From: Utricularia gibba
Lineage: Eukaryota > Plantae > Magnoliophyta
Direction: 5' to 3'
DNA: 64,000 nt
Assembly: GCA_002189035.1 (NCBI GenBank)
Contig: NEEC01000008.1
Span: 1,922,001 to 1,986,000, forward strand
Both the position numbers and the translations under genes were made by a program. The notes under the pieces were generated by a model that was given only the letters and a program-made list of their open reading frames with translations, was not told the DNA's origin and did not search any database. Positions 25,494-38,875 of this stretch are shown here, piece after piece; positions within the stretch are counted from its first letter, which is position 1; each line of letters begins with the position of its first letter.

Positions 25494-27272
25494 ATGTTTT
25501 TCAGAACAACTGTTCTGCAAGCAGTTTCCGTTGCCAAGGCTGTTGAATCTGGTTCCGTCAAAAGAGTTAAGTTTTCATCGCGTTCATTGTTTTTCGACAA
25601 TCGACTGGTAAGTTTTGCTAAGGCGAAGAAGTATCACGACGTTTTTTTGATCTTCAATAGAATGGTGGCGGCTGATTATCTCCCTAGTCTCGCAGAGATG
25701 AATATTTTGATAAATTGCTATTGTGATTTGAAGAGGATTACCCTTGCGTTTGCTGTTTTAGGTGGGATCTTGAAGAGGGGTTATGATCCCGATTGCTATA
25801 GTTTTAGCCCTATTATTAAAGGCTATTTTTTTCAAGGTAGAGCTGGTGATGCGTTAAGGTTTGTTGATAGGATTATACGTATAGGATTTTCTCCCAATTT
25901 TTATACCTGGTCGACTTTGATTACTGGGTTGAGAAGGAGTGGAAATGTAGAAGCTGCACTCAGAATTCATGAGGCGAATGTGAAAGGAAAACTGGGGTTT
26001 GGTCACAGTTACAGCCCGAACTTGATTTATTATGTTGCATTCATCGATAGTCTCTGTAAGGAGGGGATGGTGAACAAGGCTAAAGAATTGTTTCTTGAGA
26101 TGGAGGGGCGTGGGATTTCACCAAATGTCAATGCGTATACAGCATTAATCCATGGCCTGTGTAGAATAAATGAGTGGGAGCAGGCAAAGCGATTCTTTTA
26201 CCAGGCACTGGATCGAGGAATACAACCAGATGCTTTGGCATTCAATGTTTTAATCGATTTTCTTTGCAAAGAGGGTAAAGCCGATGAAGCAAGGGGGTTG
26301 TTTGATTTGATGATTCAAAGGGGGTTACAACCTGATTCTATTTCCTTTAGCACTTTAATGAACGGGTATTGTATAGAAGGTAGACTAGAAGAGGCACAAA
26401 GCTTATTCAAAGAAATGCTTCAAAAAGGGTGCAGTCCAGATGAGGTTACTTTCAATATTTTAATGGATCTCTATTGCAGAAAGGGTAAAACGGATGAAGC
26501 AAGAGGTTTCTTGGAATTGATGATGCAGAGGGATTTGCAGCCCAACTCTTTTAACTTTAACACCCTGTTGAACGGATATTGCATGGAAGGCAGAATAGAA
26601 GAGGCAAAAAAGGTATTCCATGAAATGCTTCAGAAGGGGTGCAATCTGGACTTAGTTTCTTTTACGGCATTATTGAGTGGCTTGTTCACAGAAGGTAGCG
26701 TGCAAGATGCAAAGGACATTTTACTGGAAATGAAGTGCCATAATATTTTGCCGAATGATTGTACATATGCTGTACTAATAGATGGTTTTTTCAAGAATGG
26801 ATGCATTGAAGAAGCATTGGACTTATTCAAAACTATTGAGAAGGCAAGTTTTAAGTTGTTGAATATCAAACATTTTAACTGCCTCCTTGATGGGTTATGC
26901 AAAGCAGGAAAACTCGAGTTAGCCTTTGAGTTTTTTGAGAGGATTCCGAAGGTGGGCCTTACTCAAGATGTCATTACATATACGATCATGATTGATAGCT
27001 TATGCAAGGATGGACAGATGGAACGTGCGTATAATTTACTTTCCGAGATGGAAAAAAGAGGCTGTTTTCCTGATGTTGTCACGTTCAACAGGCTTATGCT
27101 TGGATTTATTCATAATAAAGATGCATCCAAAGTTGTAGAACTTCTTCAGAAAATGTCGGAAAGAAAACTCAAGCCTGATAAATTTACAACTGGTGTAGTT
27201 GTAGAATTACTGACTAATATTCCAGGCAATGAGAAATATTTGGAGCTGATTCCTCATTTTCCTTCCGCTTAG
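25494..27272 (+). CDS. P-class pentatricopeptide repeat protein, Rf-like (RFL), probably mitochondrial
   Basis: Intronless ORF with about 15 tandem 35-aa motifs (e.g. VNAYTALIHGLCRINEWEQAKRFFYQALDRGIQPD). First in-frame ATG at 25494 gives an R/S/K-rich presequence-like N-terminus. Confidence 0.88.
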   Translation: MFFRTTVLQAVSVAKAVESGSVKRVKFSSRSLFFDNRLVSFAKAKKYHDVFLIFNRMVAADYLPSLAEMNILINCYCDLKRITLAFAVLGGILKRGYDPDCYSFSPIIKGYFFQGRAGDALRFVDRIIRIGFSPNFYTWSTLITGLRRSGNVEAALRIHEANVKGKLGFGHSYSPNLIYYVAFIDSLCKEGMVNKAKELFLEMEGRGISPNVNAYTALIHGLCRINEWEQAKRFFYQALDRGIQPDALAFNVLIDFLCKEGKADEARGLFDLMIQRGLQPDSISFSTLMNGYCIEGRLEEAQSLFKEMLQKGCSPDEVTFNILMDLYCRKGKTDEARGFLELMMQRDLQPNSFNFNTLLNGYCMEGRIEEAKKVFHEMLQKGCNLDLVSFTALLSGLFTEGSVQDAKDILLEMKCHNILPNDCTYAVLIDGFFKNGCIEEALDLFKTIEKASFKLLNIKHFNCLLDGLCKAGKLELAFEFFERIPKVGLTQDVITYTIMIDSLCKDGQMERAYNLLSEMEKRGCFPDVVTFNRLMLGFIHNKDASKVVELLQKMSERKLKPDKFTTGVVVELLTNIPGNEKYLELIPHFPSA

Positions 27273-29041
27273 TATCAGAATGAAGTAGCGATTGGTGTGG
27301 CTACTCTACTTGGCGCCATTCACCTGAAATACAAACTTGTAAAGCCTACCGACTTTTTCCTCACCAGGTTTTACTACGGATCCTGTTCAGTAACTGACAT
27401 ATCTGAGCCTGTAGTTGCTCATAGTTTGGATCTAATCTGCATGTTTATGAATTTTTCAGACTTGATGCTGCTGCAATGGTACTTGGCATGCCACTGATGT
27501 GATGTGATATTTGCTTGGATGCTGAGGTGTAAACTACTGTGCAAGGAGAGGTAAGGCACATGAAGCAACCAATGTCATTTTCATGTTGATTGCTGTGGGC
27601 AGCATCTTCTCATGTGAAACCAACCTCTGTTGCCACCAACTTGACCAGCTCCAGTGGGAAGAAAATAGAGTCCACCTTCATCAGCAAATTCCATGGCTTC
27701 ACACTAAGGATGCTTCAAGGTGCTCCAGTAACGATTCCTGTTGAGAATCCATCTTCCCCTGTCTGATTCATATCACCACCCCCTTTCCCATTAGCCACAG
27801 CAAGCTCCAAGCAAGTCTGGGAAAACTCACCCGAGTCTGTTGGTTGGGAAAACTCAGCGAATTGTTTGGAGGGTTGTTGAAGATGGCTGAGTTTGCAGCT
27901 ATTTCACTGGTCCAAGGGGGGAAAACCTCAAATATGTACAGCAATGTGAAGTAATCATGGGTGACAGAAGCAAGGATGGGAAGGTGTTTGAAAAATCCAA
28001 GTGAGAAATCAGCAATAGAACATAGACTAATGACCCTAGGCTTAGGCTCCACGTGTACGGGAGGAGCGATTGGATAGCGAGCATAGCTCATGGAACATGT
28101 GCTGATTACATTCGGATAATGCTGCAGAAGATGCTGAGTTCTTGTTTTGGTGGAGAACACTGTGTTGGGTTCCCCCATCGCCGTCACGTGCCCCACACCC
28201 TCCCCCACGCCATGCGCATCTGGACACGTTTTATTCAGAAATAATTTTTCAATTTCGTGACAGTAAAAAGTTATAGAAATATTTAAATTTAGATAACATT
28301 CACTTTATACAATTGTTCAAAAACATCAAATGAATAAATTATTGCTTGTATTAATTTAAAATATGTATTTCTTAATAATTTCGATGGAGTATATTTAAAT
28401 TATTTTAATCCTTTAAGATTTATTTCTTTTCATACTAAAGTATATGAAAAGAATTCTACAGTCGTTTTGTCTTTTCATGACATTTTTTGTATATGAACTG
28501 ATAATCATATTTATATCTTATGTCGTAATATTATATGTTAAAATTAATATTTATCGATATCAATTTTTTGTTCTTTTAAATATTCTAAAATATAATTAAA
28601 TTTAAAAGTAATATCAGAAACAGCGTTCCCAAAAAATAAAAAAGAAAGAAAATGCGGAAATAGTAAAAACAGAGAGGATTTAGTCCGGCAGAAAGTTAAC
28701 GGTCACCGCGCCGTAGCCGTTTTCCTTTCTTTTTGCGTGACGTCGGCGCCACGTGGTGGCTATCGGAATTTGGTTCCGTGGAACCCAGCTACCCAAAGGA
28801 CGGGAATACGGAAAATACTCCGGGTACTTTTTGGGGAAAAGGTACAATTTTTTTTCTTTGGCCACTCACACGCTGAAGCGGGAAGAGGAATTGATTTTTT
28901 TGGGGTTATCTTCATTTAATGCTTTCAAGTGAAAAGAGACGATTGCAGACAAGAGGTATTGGTTCCGTCGGTTTTTGTCAAATTGTGTTGCTTCCTGGAA
29001 GTCCTCGGCTTTTTGGGAATGCCTATTTTATAAAATAAGAG

Positions 29042-32000
29042 ATGCGTATCACCAAGGGGTGGCCATTCTCGTTTTGCGCCTCTTTGGTTTCTTTCTCCGC
29101 TTTCCCTTCCCCATTTTCTTCGAGGACTTTGCGTATCCCTTCCCAAGGATTCTGTTCGTTGATCTCCAACCGCTTTTTGTGCAGAAGGAAGGTGAATTTT
29201 GCTCCAGGTTTGTTTGGTTTGCTCATATAAAACTTTTTAACTGTCATATTTGCTGTGCAAGTTCGTGGATTGAGGATTACTGGTATTGCCAACTCTATCA
29301 TTTCTCCTCACTTGTTTGTTGGTGTTGTCTTCTTTCAAGTTCGACTTCGATTGTCATGAGCATGCACGGTTGAAATAATAATTACTTGGCATAAGGTTCA
29401 TGTTTTTGGTTTCATGTGTCATCATCAAGTAATTTAAGAGAACTCATCCTTTTCTCGTTGAGGGATGTACATTTTTTGTGTATCTATGGAGTTAGTACTT
29501 CATGAAATTCATCATTTTTTAGAATTCCCTAAACCCAGAATCATTTTTCACCTTTTTGAGGGGTCTGAATTGTTTTATACTTTCATGAGTGTAAGGGGAT
29601 AACTATGCCCCATGTACATATTCAAATTGTGGAGATTTTTGTGTTATCTTTCCAACCTTGATATTATTAATGGTCTCTTTAACTTGTTCTACAGTCTCAA
29701 GAAACAACCTGTTTGCTAAGATTCATATGATGGGTACACTGCGATCTGAGAAAACCATCTCTGCTGAGGATGATAAGTACCCTCGTGTATGGTCATCCCC
29801 TGGAGGAGGAAGAAATATTGGTATAGGAAAGCAAATCTTCTGCAACAGATCTCTTAACATGAGGAACATTGTTGCTGTTGGATTTGACATGGATTATACT
29901 TTGGCCCAGTACAAACCCGAGACCTTTGAAACCCTTGCCTATGAAGGGACCGTAAAAAAGCTTGTCAATGATTTGGGCTACCCGAGAGAGGTTTTTGTTT
30001 TTTCCTCTCTCTTGTTCTTTCTTGATATCTGGCTAGTGAGTAACTCCAGATTCTTTCATAGATTACTTTACTCACCCTGTCTGGACCACAATTTATTTAT
30101 TAAAACTAATAGCATAGGCAGCAAGATAACCGTGGAATAGTCTTATAATTGATTATGATTATGTTATACTAATGTCTTTCATTCATTTCTTGATTTTCTA
30201 TCATTTTAACTAAGCTGCCCCTCTGCAGTTGCTGAAGTGGACATTTGATTGGACTTACATGGTCAGAGGACTAGTTCTGGATAAAAAGAGAGGCAACATA
30301 CTGAAGGTTTTTGTGCACCTTACATGAGTTTTTCTTCATTCTACTGTGTATTTATGTTTGTGCTATTTCTAAACAGATGGATAGACACAAGTATGTAAAG
30401 GTGGCTTATCATGGATTCAGAGAAATGAAAAAGGAAGAAAAAGTTGCCACATATGGGAGCACCTTGATTCGTGATGCATTTGATGAACCTGAATATGCTC
30501 TGATTGATACCCTTTTCTCCCTAGCTGAAGCTTACTTATTTGCTCAACTAGTTGACTTTAAAGATAGCAATCCAGGAAAAATTTTAGCTGAGTAAGAGAA
30601 TTCCTTTGACTTTGAACAACATAATCCTCTGTCGTAATTTGATGTGCTAATGTTGCCATCATTGAATTTTGATGATTGTGTAGCTATTCTCGTATGTATA
30701 AAGATGTCCGTGCTGCAGTTGACTTGTGTCATCGTGATGGGACTCTGAAAAAGATGGTTGCGAGTGATCCTGGAAGGCATGTGAGCATTTATTTCATTGT
30801 CCTTCGCCATGATATAATGTGATGCATAACAGAGCTGCTAGAGCTTGTTGATCTCAATTCTTCATGTCGCCGCGGTCATTTGTGGGTGGAATTTATTTAG
30901 ATTTTTTGTGTAAGTGCAGTCGTGTACTTTCTTTGGGTTGAATGGTTTGGGAGTATGTTGTGCAACTCTCTAAATGTGAAACTATGTTGCATGCAATCAA
31001 AAGATCATGTGGGGTCTATTTTCCTCAGTCGCACACCATATATGAATTTATTTCATCAATAAAAGTGTCCACAAGTTTGATCACCAGGTCCTTGATTCTG
31101 CAGTTATGATATCATTACAGGTATATTAATGAGGACACTTTAATCGTTCCAATGCTGAAGATGTTGCGAGATTCTGGCCGCAGTACGTTTCTTGTTACGA
31201 ACAGGTATCCCCACCAATATTAAGCTTGCATAGAGATGTTGGGCTTATAAAACATTAATGTCTTCCATGCCCTTGTTTTTGGATCGGCTCAGTTTTTAAT
31301 GCAGTGGGTGCAATACGTTAGTTAGGAACTTGAGAATGTTAGTGCAACTATAAGTTTTATGCAGTTTGATATTCCTTCTGTGTTTAACTTGACGGAACTC
31401 ATTTTCTTGTGCAGTCTGTGGGATTACACTAACATTGTAATGAATTTCCTTTGTGGGTCGAGATCAGAAAATGGTCCTTCTGGTTTGAATTTTGATTGGC
31501 TCAAGTACTTTGATGTCATTATCACTGGCAGGTGGTTACCATTTCTTAATTTAAATATTTAAGATATATATCAAATGCTATTATCACTTTAATGAATATT
31601 TTCAACCCACTCAATTTTTCGGTAAGCTTTTTAGAATCATGTTCTGTATAGCATTTGCATCATACGTTTCATCCTTAACAGTGCAAAACCAAGCTTTTTT
31701 CATGATGAGAACCGCGCTAATCTTTTTGAAGTGGATCCTGAGTCAGGTATGCTCCTGAATACTGACAATGGAACACCTATGCCCCAGGTTAGTTAGCATA
31801 AATTCTGGTTTTGATAAATGCTTTTTTAAAAATTTCTATCAAATAGAGTCAATATTTGTTTGATTGATTAGGTCGATGCTTCTCTAAGGTTGCCTATAAA
31901 ACCTCACAGCAAGAGTCGCCTAGTGTTCCAGGTGCGCGCATTTACTCTAGAAAGGATGTTTGTTAGTTCTTAGAATTAGGAGAAGTCAAAGGCCAAATGT

Positions 32001-33708
32001 TTCCTGATTTTTCCTCTTGATTAATTTCATGGAGGATCTTGATGATCTTTTGGAGTTAATTTTCAGGGAGGGAATGTAGGCCATCTGCATAAATTGCTTT
32101 CCGTAGAATCAAGTTCTCAGGTAACTGCACCACTTCAATAGCACTTCTTACAAAAATACATATCAATATAAAAATGGTTACATACATTTAAGGTCTTACT
32201 AATTGATAACATTGCTTGGTGGATATTCTAAATGCAAGTGCTGTCATAGAAAAATCACTAGCTTTAACCAAATATCACATGACTAAGTAAGTGTGCCGTT
32301 TATCTTTGAAAAAATGTGGACGTTAATGGGATATTTAACTATAAAATACAAGGTTTTTTTTTGTGAGCCATTTTAGGATGGAAACCCTATTTTAGAGAAG
32401 ATTACTTAATTTTTATGAATTCCTATCTTGCCTTGACTCAATGTTTGATACCTGATACGTAGGTACTTTATGTTGGTGATCACATTTATGGGGATATATT
32501 GCGCAGCAAAAAGGTTCTGGGTATGCATACATAGTGCTTTTAGATTCGTGTACATTATTTTTCAAAGTAAACCTGTACCTCCTTACTTTCATCCAACTCC
32601 GGCATAGTCTTAACTTTATTTTCATGACAACCTTCACCCTCAATGAGTGTCGAGCAATTACTTCCTCTTGATTATTCAATTTTGTTCAAAGCCTACTCAT
32701 AGCCATCACATATTGCTGCATTTAGTTTCCACATTTTAGTGTTAACTTTAACAAACTGATGTTGGACTTGCTTTTAAGATGCACTGAGGTTTTTTCACAG
32801 GTTGAGGGTGTCATTGGCTTGTCGTATTATGAGAACGCATATGTACAAGTGTTGATTGTATCTTGATTTAAAAGTTAATTTTTTCCCTAGGCTGGAGAAC
32901 GATGCTCGTTGTGCCAGAGCTTGAGAAGGAAGTCGAACTTCTCTCAACTTTGAGGGATGCCCGCAAGGTGGAAAATAAATTCGAAGTTGCTGGTGACTGA
33001 TTCTTTTTGTTTTTTCTATCTTCCTCGTAATCTTCCTTATTTTGAGTCCACATCTTATCCTTCTGTAGGAACTTCAGTTACTGAGGAATAACCGTGACCA
33101 TATTGAAGACAAGATAGACCACCTAAAGTGGAGCCTCAGGTACGAGATTCTGTTTACAGATACATACATTGAGAAGGCAATCACTGCCTCCTTTGAAATG
33201 CCATCCATGGACAGGTTTGATGGTGGGAACATTGACAAGGAAGATGTGCTAGAGGAGCTCGAACAGTTGCAGGTTCGGTGTCACTTGGATGACATATCCC
33301 CACTTGCACCTCGTTATTTATAGCATCGCAACTTAGACATGGGATACCAAATAATTCAGAATGCCATTTTTGCAGGCACAGAAGGAGCAGTTCCGGTTGA
33401 GTCATCAACAGTCCCAACGTGAACACCATCACAAGGTACGATAGAGGTTCACTGAGGCAACCCACCCAGAGACATCAACCGATGAGACAAATAGATTGTG
33501 TTGACTCGTTGATTCATTTCAGTTCCACAAGGTATGGGGACAGCTGATGAAGACAGGCTACCAGAACTCACGCTTTGCACATCAGGTGGAGAGATTCGCT
33601 TGCCTGTATACAAGCCAAGTGACGAACCTGAGCCTCTACTCTCCAGACAAATATTACAGACCAAGTGAGGATTTCATGCCCCATGAGTTCGATATCCTTT
33701 CCCTTTGA
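29042..33708 (+). CDS. HAD-superfamily subfamily IG cytosolic-type 5'-nucleotidase with organellar transit peptide
   Basis: Motif I VGFDMDYTLAQY, FLVTNS, motif IV LYVGDHIYGDILRSKK, GWRTMLVVPELEKE, C-terminal FACLYTSQVTNL..FMPHEFDIL. Multi-exon model splices in frame. Confidence 0.9.
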
Positions 33709-34783
33709 AAGATATGCATGTAGTCGTCTATAGCTGATAAAAAGGGTATGCTCTGAATTCGTACGGGTGCGTTGGTGTTTGCATCTGTAGACTGACTGGA
33801 GATCCTCCATTATCATCAGCAGCTGCATTTGAATAAGTAACCTACCTCTTAGGGAACAAACACTGTTATACATCAGTTGCAATATACTTGATATTCCTAA
33901 GCCAGCAATAGCATCCTCCATCAGCGCAGCAAGCAAAACCCCATCTGAATCCATCTGACTTGGAAGGCTGGAGCCTGGGTTTGGCTACTGGGTCAGGTTG
34001 GATCATCCAGACTTCAGACACACACTTCAGAGTACCAATGGGTGAGATGGCATTTTAGTCATTCTCTGGGTAGCTTGTAGGACAGCCAAGTACCAAATCC
34101 TTCCCTATGCAACAACAACAACAAAAGAAGGAAGAAGTGATAATTGAAGTGAGTAGCTTTGGGTGGACTATTGGCGGCCCTAGATGCCAAAAACAGACAT
34201 TTTCGTACCAAAATATTCCTTAGGGAGAAAGCTAAAAACCCATTTTCCGTATTTACCCTTTTCCATTTAGAACTTATTTGGTAGGAAAATAATTGAAATG
34301 TTATTAAATATTCACCAAATATTTATTTTCCTCATTATTTTGTAAGATATGGCACCAAACATATTTTTAATTTTTATAATATATTATTAATTCAATTATC
34401 CGGATTTTAGACTGGTTTTTAGGTGAAAAAGGTTGGGGTAGGGTAGACCACGTGGCCCATTAAATTTTTACTTTGTCATTATTTATTAATTAAATAAATC
34501 TAAACCCCACCAATAGCATTCTTTGTAATGGGTAAGAAATAATAATAAAAAAATGAAAAGACCCAAAAACCAAATATCTGAAACTTGATGGGTTATTCTT
34601 GAGTATCAATAAATACAGGGTTCATTTTTTATTTTGATAGAATAGAGTTTTTTTTTTTAAAAAAAAAAACTCGGTTTTGCCCCTCGCCGAGTATTTATTT
34701 AATCTCCCGTTTATCTACTCTTCTTCCTCAGTCTCGGTGGCCTCTTCCGCCTCCGGTGCCGCAGATAGTTTCACTCACCAACG

Positions 34784-36277
34784 ATGGATGGGGGAGTAGC
34801 GACGTCTGGAGTACGGCTTCCGGGTTTCCTTCGGAGCGTCAACCTGGAGTGTGTGAACCGGAGCTACCATTGCCTGATCTCCAATTTCCTCACTCTCTGC
34901 TTAGTCGCTCTCAGCGTCGCCGTGTTCTTTCATTTTTCCGAGATGAATCTCGATGACCTCCGTCGTTTCTGGCTCCTTCTCGAGTGCAATCTGGTTTTCG
35001 GTATCATTTGCTCCGCGATTTTCGTTTCAGGATTCATCGTTTACATCATGACCCGCCCACGCCCTGTTTACTTGGTGGATTACTCCTGTTACCGCCCACC
35101 TGATCATCTGAAGGCTCCGTTTCAGCGATTTGTGGAACACACGCGCTTGAATGGGGATTTCGACGATTCCTCCGTTGAGTTTCAGAGGAAGATTCTAGAA
35201 AGATCTGGACTCGGAGAAGAAACTTATGTCCCCGAGGCTATGCATTTTCTGCCGCCACGACCGTCGATGAAGGCGGCGAGGGAAGAGGCGGAGCAGGTGA
35301 TGTTTGGGGCGCTGGATAATTTGTTCGCGAACACGAATTTGAAAGCAAAGGAGATTGGGATTCTGGTTGTGAATTGCAGTTTGTTTAATCCCACTCCATC
35401 TTTATCCGCCATGATAGTTAACAAGTACAAATTGAGGGGAAATGTCAAGAGCTTCAATCTCGGGGGAATGGGTTGCAGCGCCGGCGTAATCGCCGTAGGT
35501 TTGGCGAGAGATCTGCTTCAAATCGAGAGAAACACCTACGCCGTCGTGGTTAGCACTGAGAACATTACCCAGAATTGGTACTTGGGAAACAACAAATCGA
35601 TGCTGATCCCAAATTGCCTCTTCCGAATCGGCGGCGCAGCAGTGCTTCTCTCCAACAAGTCCAGCGATCGCCGCCGATCCAAGTACAAATTCGTCCAAAT
35701 CGTGAGAACCCACAAAGGCGCAGACCATCAGGCGTTCAAGTGCGTGTACCAGGAACAGGACGACGCCGGGAAGACCGGCGTTTCCTTATCCAAAGACCTC
35801 ATGGCCATCGCCAGCCTCGCCCTGAAATCCAATATCACGACACTGGGTCCACTGGTACTCCCGATCAGCGAACAGCTCCTCTTCTTGGCAACATTAGTCA
35901 TCAAGAAAGTGTTCAAGAACATGAACGCACACATACCGGATTTCAAACTAGCGTTCAATCATTTCTGCATCCACGCCGGCGGCAGGGCAGTGATCGAGGA
36001 ACTAGAGAAGAACCTGCAACTTCTCCCCATCCACGTGGAGGCTTCCAAGGCCACCCTGCACCGCTTCGGGAACACCTCCTCCAGCTCCATTTGGTACGAG
36101 TTGGCGTACATGGAGGCGAAAGGACAAGTTCTGCCGGGACATAAAGTGTGGCAGATCGCGTTCGGGAGTGGGTTCAAGTGCAACAGCGCTGTCTGGGCGG
36201 CGCTCCGCCACGTGAAACCGTCGAACAACGCCCCCTGGGAGGACCGCATCGGCAGTTACCCCGTCCGCCCGGAATAA
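34784..36277 (+). CDS. KCS: 3-ketoacyl-CoA synthase (KCS4/KCS9-like)
   Basis: Intronless 497 aa; catalytic Cys in GMGCSAG, His in FCIHAGG, Asn in FGNTSSSS; [16 protein letters not shown]. Confidence 0.95.
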   Translation: MDGGVATSGVRLPGFLRSVNLECVNRSYHCLISNFLTLCLVALSVAVFFHFSEMNLDDLRRFWLLLECNLVFGIICSAIFVSGFIVYIMTRPRPVYLVDYSCYRPPDHLKAPFQRFVEHTRLNGDFDDSSVEFQRKILERSGLGEETYVPEAMHFLPPRPSMKAAREEAEQVMFGALDNLFANTNLKAKEIGILVVNCSLFNPTPSLSAMIVNKYKLRGNVKSFNLGGMGCSAGVIAVGLARDLLQIERNTYAVVVSTENITQNWYLGNNKSMLIPNCLFRIGGAAVLLSNKSSDRRRSKYKFVQIVRTHKGADHQAFKCVYQEQDDAGKTGVSLSKDLMAIASLALKSNITTLGPLVLPISEQLLFLATLVIKKVFKNMNAHIPDFKLAFNHFCIHAGGRAVIEELEKNLQLLPIHVEASKATLHRFGNTSSSSIWYELAYMEAKGQVLPGHKVWQIAFGSGFKCNSAVWAALRHVKPSNNAPWEDRIGSYPVRPE

Positions 36278-36816
36278 TTATACCCCTCCATCCACCGCCA
36301 CCCCCCCATTGTTGTAACCCCAGTATCTTTAACTTCCTCATGGCCGTGCATGGCCTCCCTGCATATCAATAATCTCTCCTTTCAAAAAGAAACAGAAAAA
36401 TAAAGTAATATTTATTATCCACTTTTGTTGAAAACATTATTACTATGGATTGATGAATGGAGAAGAGATACAAACAGGTACAAGCATCTACTTCAGTGTC
36501 AACTGTGAACAGTAGAAACTCGAGGGCATTAGGTTTTGAAGGGAGAGTCTGCAGGGCATTTTTCTAACAGCAAAAAACAGTTGCGATGGACAACGTTGTT
36601 GTAGGGGTCTTAATTATAATTATTGATTTTGTGTGTCTGGAAATAAATGCAAAGTGGGGCCGGGAAACTGTCGCTGTCTCAACTCACGCTCACGCAACCG
36701 TAGCGAATACTAATAATCATCATATATTAATTATTAGGGTACATCAGAATCTTTTTCCGAGGTTAAATGCTGATGATACCTTACATGATGATAAACAAAG
36801 AACTTTTCTTCCAGAT

Positions 36817-36889
36817 GGGGATGTAGCTCAGATGGTAGAGCGCTCGCTTAGCATGCGAGAGGTACGGGGATCGATACCCCGCATCTCCA
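36817..36889 (+). tRNA. tRNA-Ala (AGC)
   Basis: GGGGATGTAGCTCAGATGGTAGAGCGCTCGCTTAGCATGCGAGAGGTACGGGGATCGATACCCCGCATCTCCA forms a cloverleaf with anticodon AGC; T-run terminator follows. Confidence 0.97.
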
Positions 36890-37131
36890 CTGGTTTTTTT
36901 GCAGGCCCATACTCACAAAGGGATTTCAGCCCAACCGGTCCAAATCATTTTTGCTGGGGAGCAAGAATCGTACGGATTCTGATTGGCACAATGAAGACGA
37001 AGATAATTTACAGTCGCTGGAAGCTTGAATCGCGAATAAGATGCAAATGCTGTAATGCCCGCTGAATAAAATCATCAACGGATGAGGATTCTCCATCTTC
37101 GTAGCTTCGGCTCATCCCGTCCGAATCATCA

Positions 37132-38875
37132 CTAACTCGTCTCAGCTACACATGAAAACCACGACACCGGGACGAGGCACAACCCCCGGCTTCTCAACTC
37201 GCACCCCTTGTCGTCTCCCTGCTTCCAAGTTCCAACCCAACCATTCGTCAGCAGCCAGCTCAAAACGCTCCAGGGAAGAGAAGGCTTACTTGTTTAGTGG
37301 GATCGGGGCCTGATGCTTTCATGTAGAGGACACTCAGAGTCTGAAAGGAGATCGTTTTGGGTCATTTCGGAATAATTGAGGAGGTGGGGAGGGCATGAAT
37401 TGCAATTGTTGGAAAAGGAAGGGGCAACAGGAAAGAAAGGAATCAAAATGGAACGAGTACCGAGGAGAATGTTGGTACGTACCTCAACTTGACGTTGTAG
37501 GAATTTGATGTAACCAATCGCCTCCATCAGCACTGATGCTGTGTCTGTCTGCATGTGTTTTTTTGTTCATTGCTTCTCTAGTTTTAATAAAAAAATGTTT
37601 TTTTTTCAGGGGTAAGAAAAAAATTACCTTGCCAAATGGAGCTACAAGTTGCTGGAGGGCAGCTATTCTATCTCCCAGTTTCTCTCTTCTCACCTGCTTC
37701 ACATCATCAAAAGCCCTTAAGGAATGCTAACAACTGTTAACATTTTCATGGTGAATCGAACCTTCAACGCAGGGAGACTCGAACGAGGTTCTACCCGTGG
37801 TTTCTTGTGTTTCTGCTGCTCCATTGCATCTTTTGGTGATGATACCTGAGAGAAAAGGTAGAGCTCTAGCAAGGTGATTGATTGCAGCGCATAGAACCAA
37901 AGTTCAAAATAAAAAATATGAGAAAGTGTAAAGGTTGCTACATAGCCCCAAAAGCTGGAGTTGGCTTTGAACGGATAAAAGGGCTGCCCTCTTTCTGATA
38001 AAGACATCAAAAATAGGCAATTGATACAGCAAACTAAAGTAAAAGCATCACTCTTTGTGTGTGTAGGGTAACAAAATCATCAGGTAAATGGTAACAGTAT
38101 GGATGTAATAACGAAGATTGGAGCTCTCATCCCTTCTCTAATGTTTATCAGAACCTGGGTGTTTGGTGTATTTCTATTTCAAACTTTCAGACAATATATG
38201 CCTAAAAATTAAAATTTAACCTTTAGAAGAACGAAACTAACATACCTTGTGTGAGAAAGATGATGGTTGCGCTTGATTTGATAGTGGGGTGTGATTAATG
38301 GAGTATCCATCCCAGAGATTGCCGTTTGGATTTGTGGAGAGCCAAGATGATCTAAAGCTTCTAATGTCATGTCAAAGGAAGTTGCTTCCGCCACTCCAAT
38401 GCGATGATGCGGGCTAGAAATGCTGGGAAAATGGTGAAGGAATCCCCTCTCACTACTACCGCAATCATCAGAGTGAAGGCTGCTTGTCAGCATCTCAGTG
38501 AAATTGGAGTAGTAAACGTTTGATAACTCTTCATGTTTGATTCTCTGAGCGAACTGTAGATCCATGGTGTCAATGGAATGAGAGTTCATGTTTGTAGTAG
38601 CCATGGGATGGGATGATTCATCTGTGCTCCTGCAAGAAACCCTAGTTTTCCTCTTCATCATGAACTCATAAAAAAAGATGGGAATTGATGCAGGTTGTGC
38701 TAATCACTCGTCTGAAAATTAGAGCGAGCTGGGAGACTTACAGCGTGGATTGGTTGGATGCAGTCCAAGGATTAGAATGCGTGGCTACTACTCCATAGCA
38801 GAAATTGGGAGAAGTGGAGGAGGAGCCAATAAATGGCTCTTGGTGATAAGGATGTCCATTTGCAGGTGACTCCAT
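37132..38875 (-). CDS. bHLH transcription factor (bHLH110-like group)
   Basis: [52 protein letters not shown] and terminal ELRSRGLCLVPVS. Start MESPANGHPYHQ; the exon 2 donor is uncertain. Confidence 0.87.

Noticed and set aside
25267-25611. Upstream out-of-frame ATG ORF as the true PPR start via a frameshift
   Set aside because: The ATG at 25494 already gives a plausible presequence, so no lesion needs to be invoked.
35575-36144. Long alternative-frame and antisense ORFs inside KCS (also in PEX11A, IDD, APO1)
   Set aside because: Expected shadows of GC-rich coding sequence with few off-frame stops.
36586-37065. 159-aa ORF spanning tRNA-Ala
   Set aside because: Chance ORF through a tRNA and AT-rich flank; no homology recognised.
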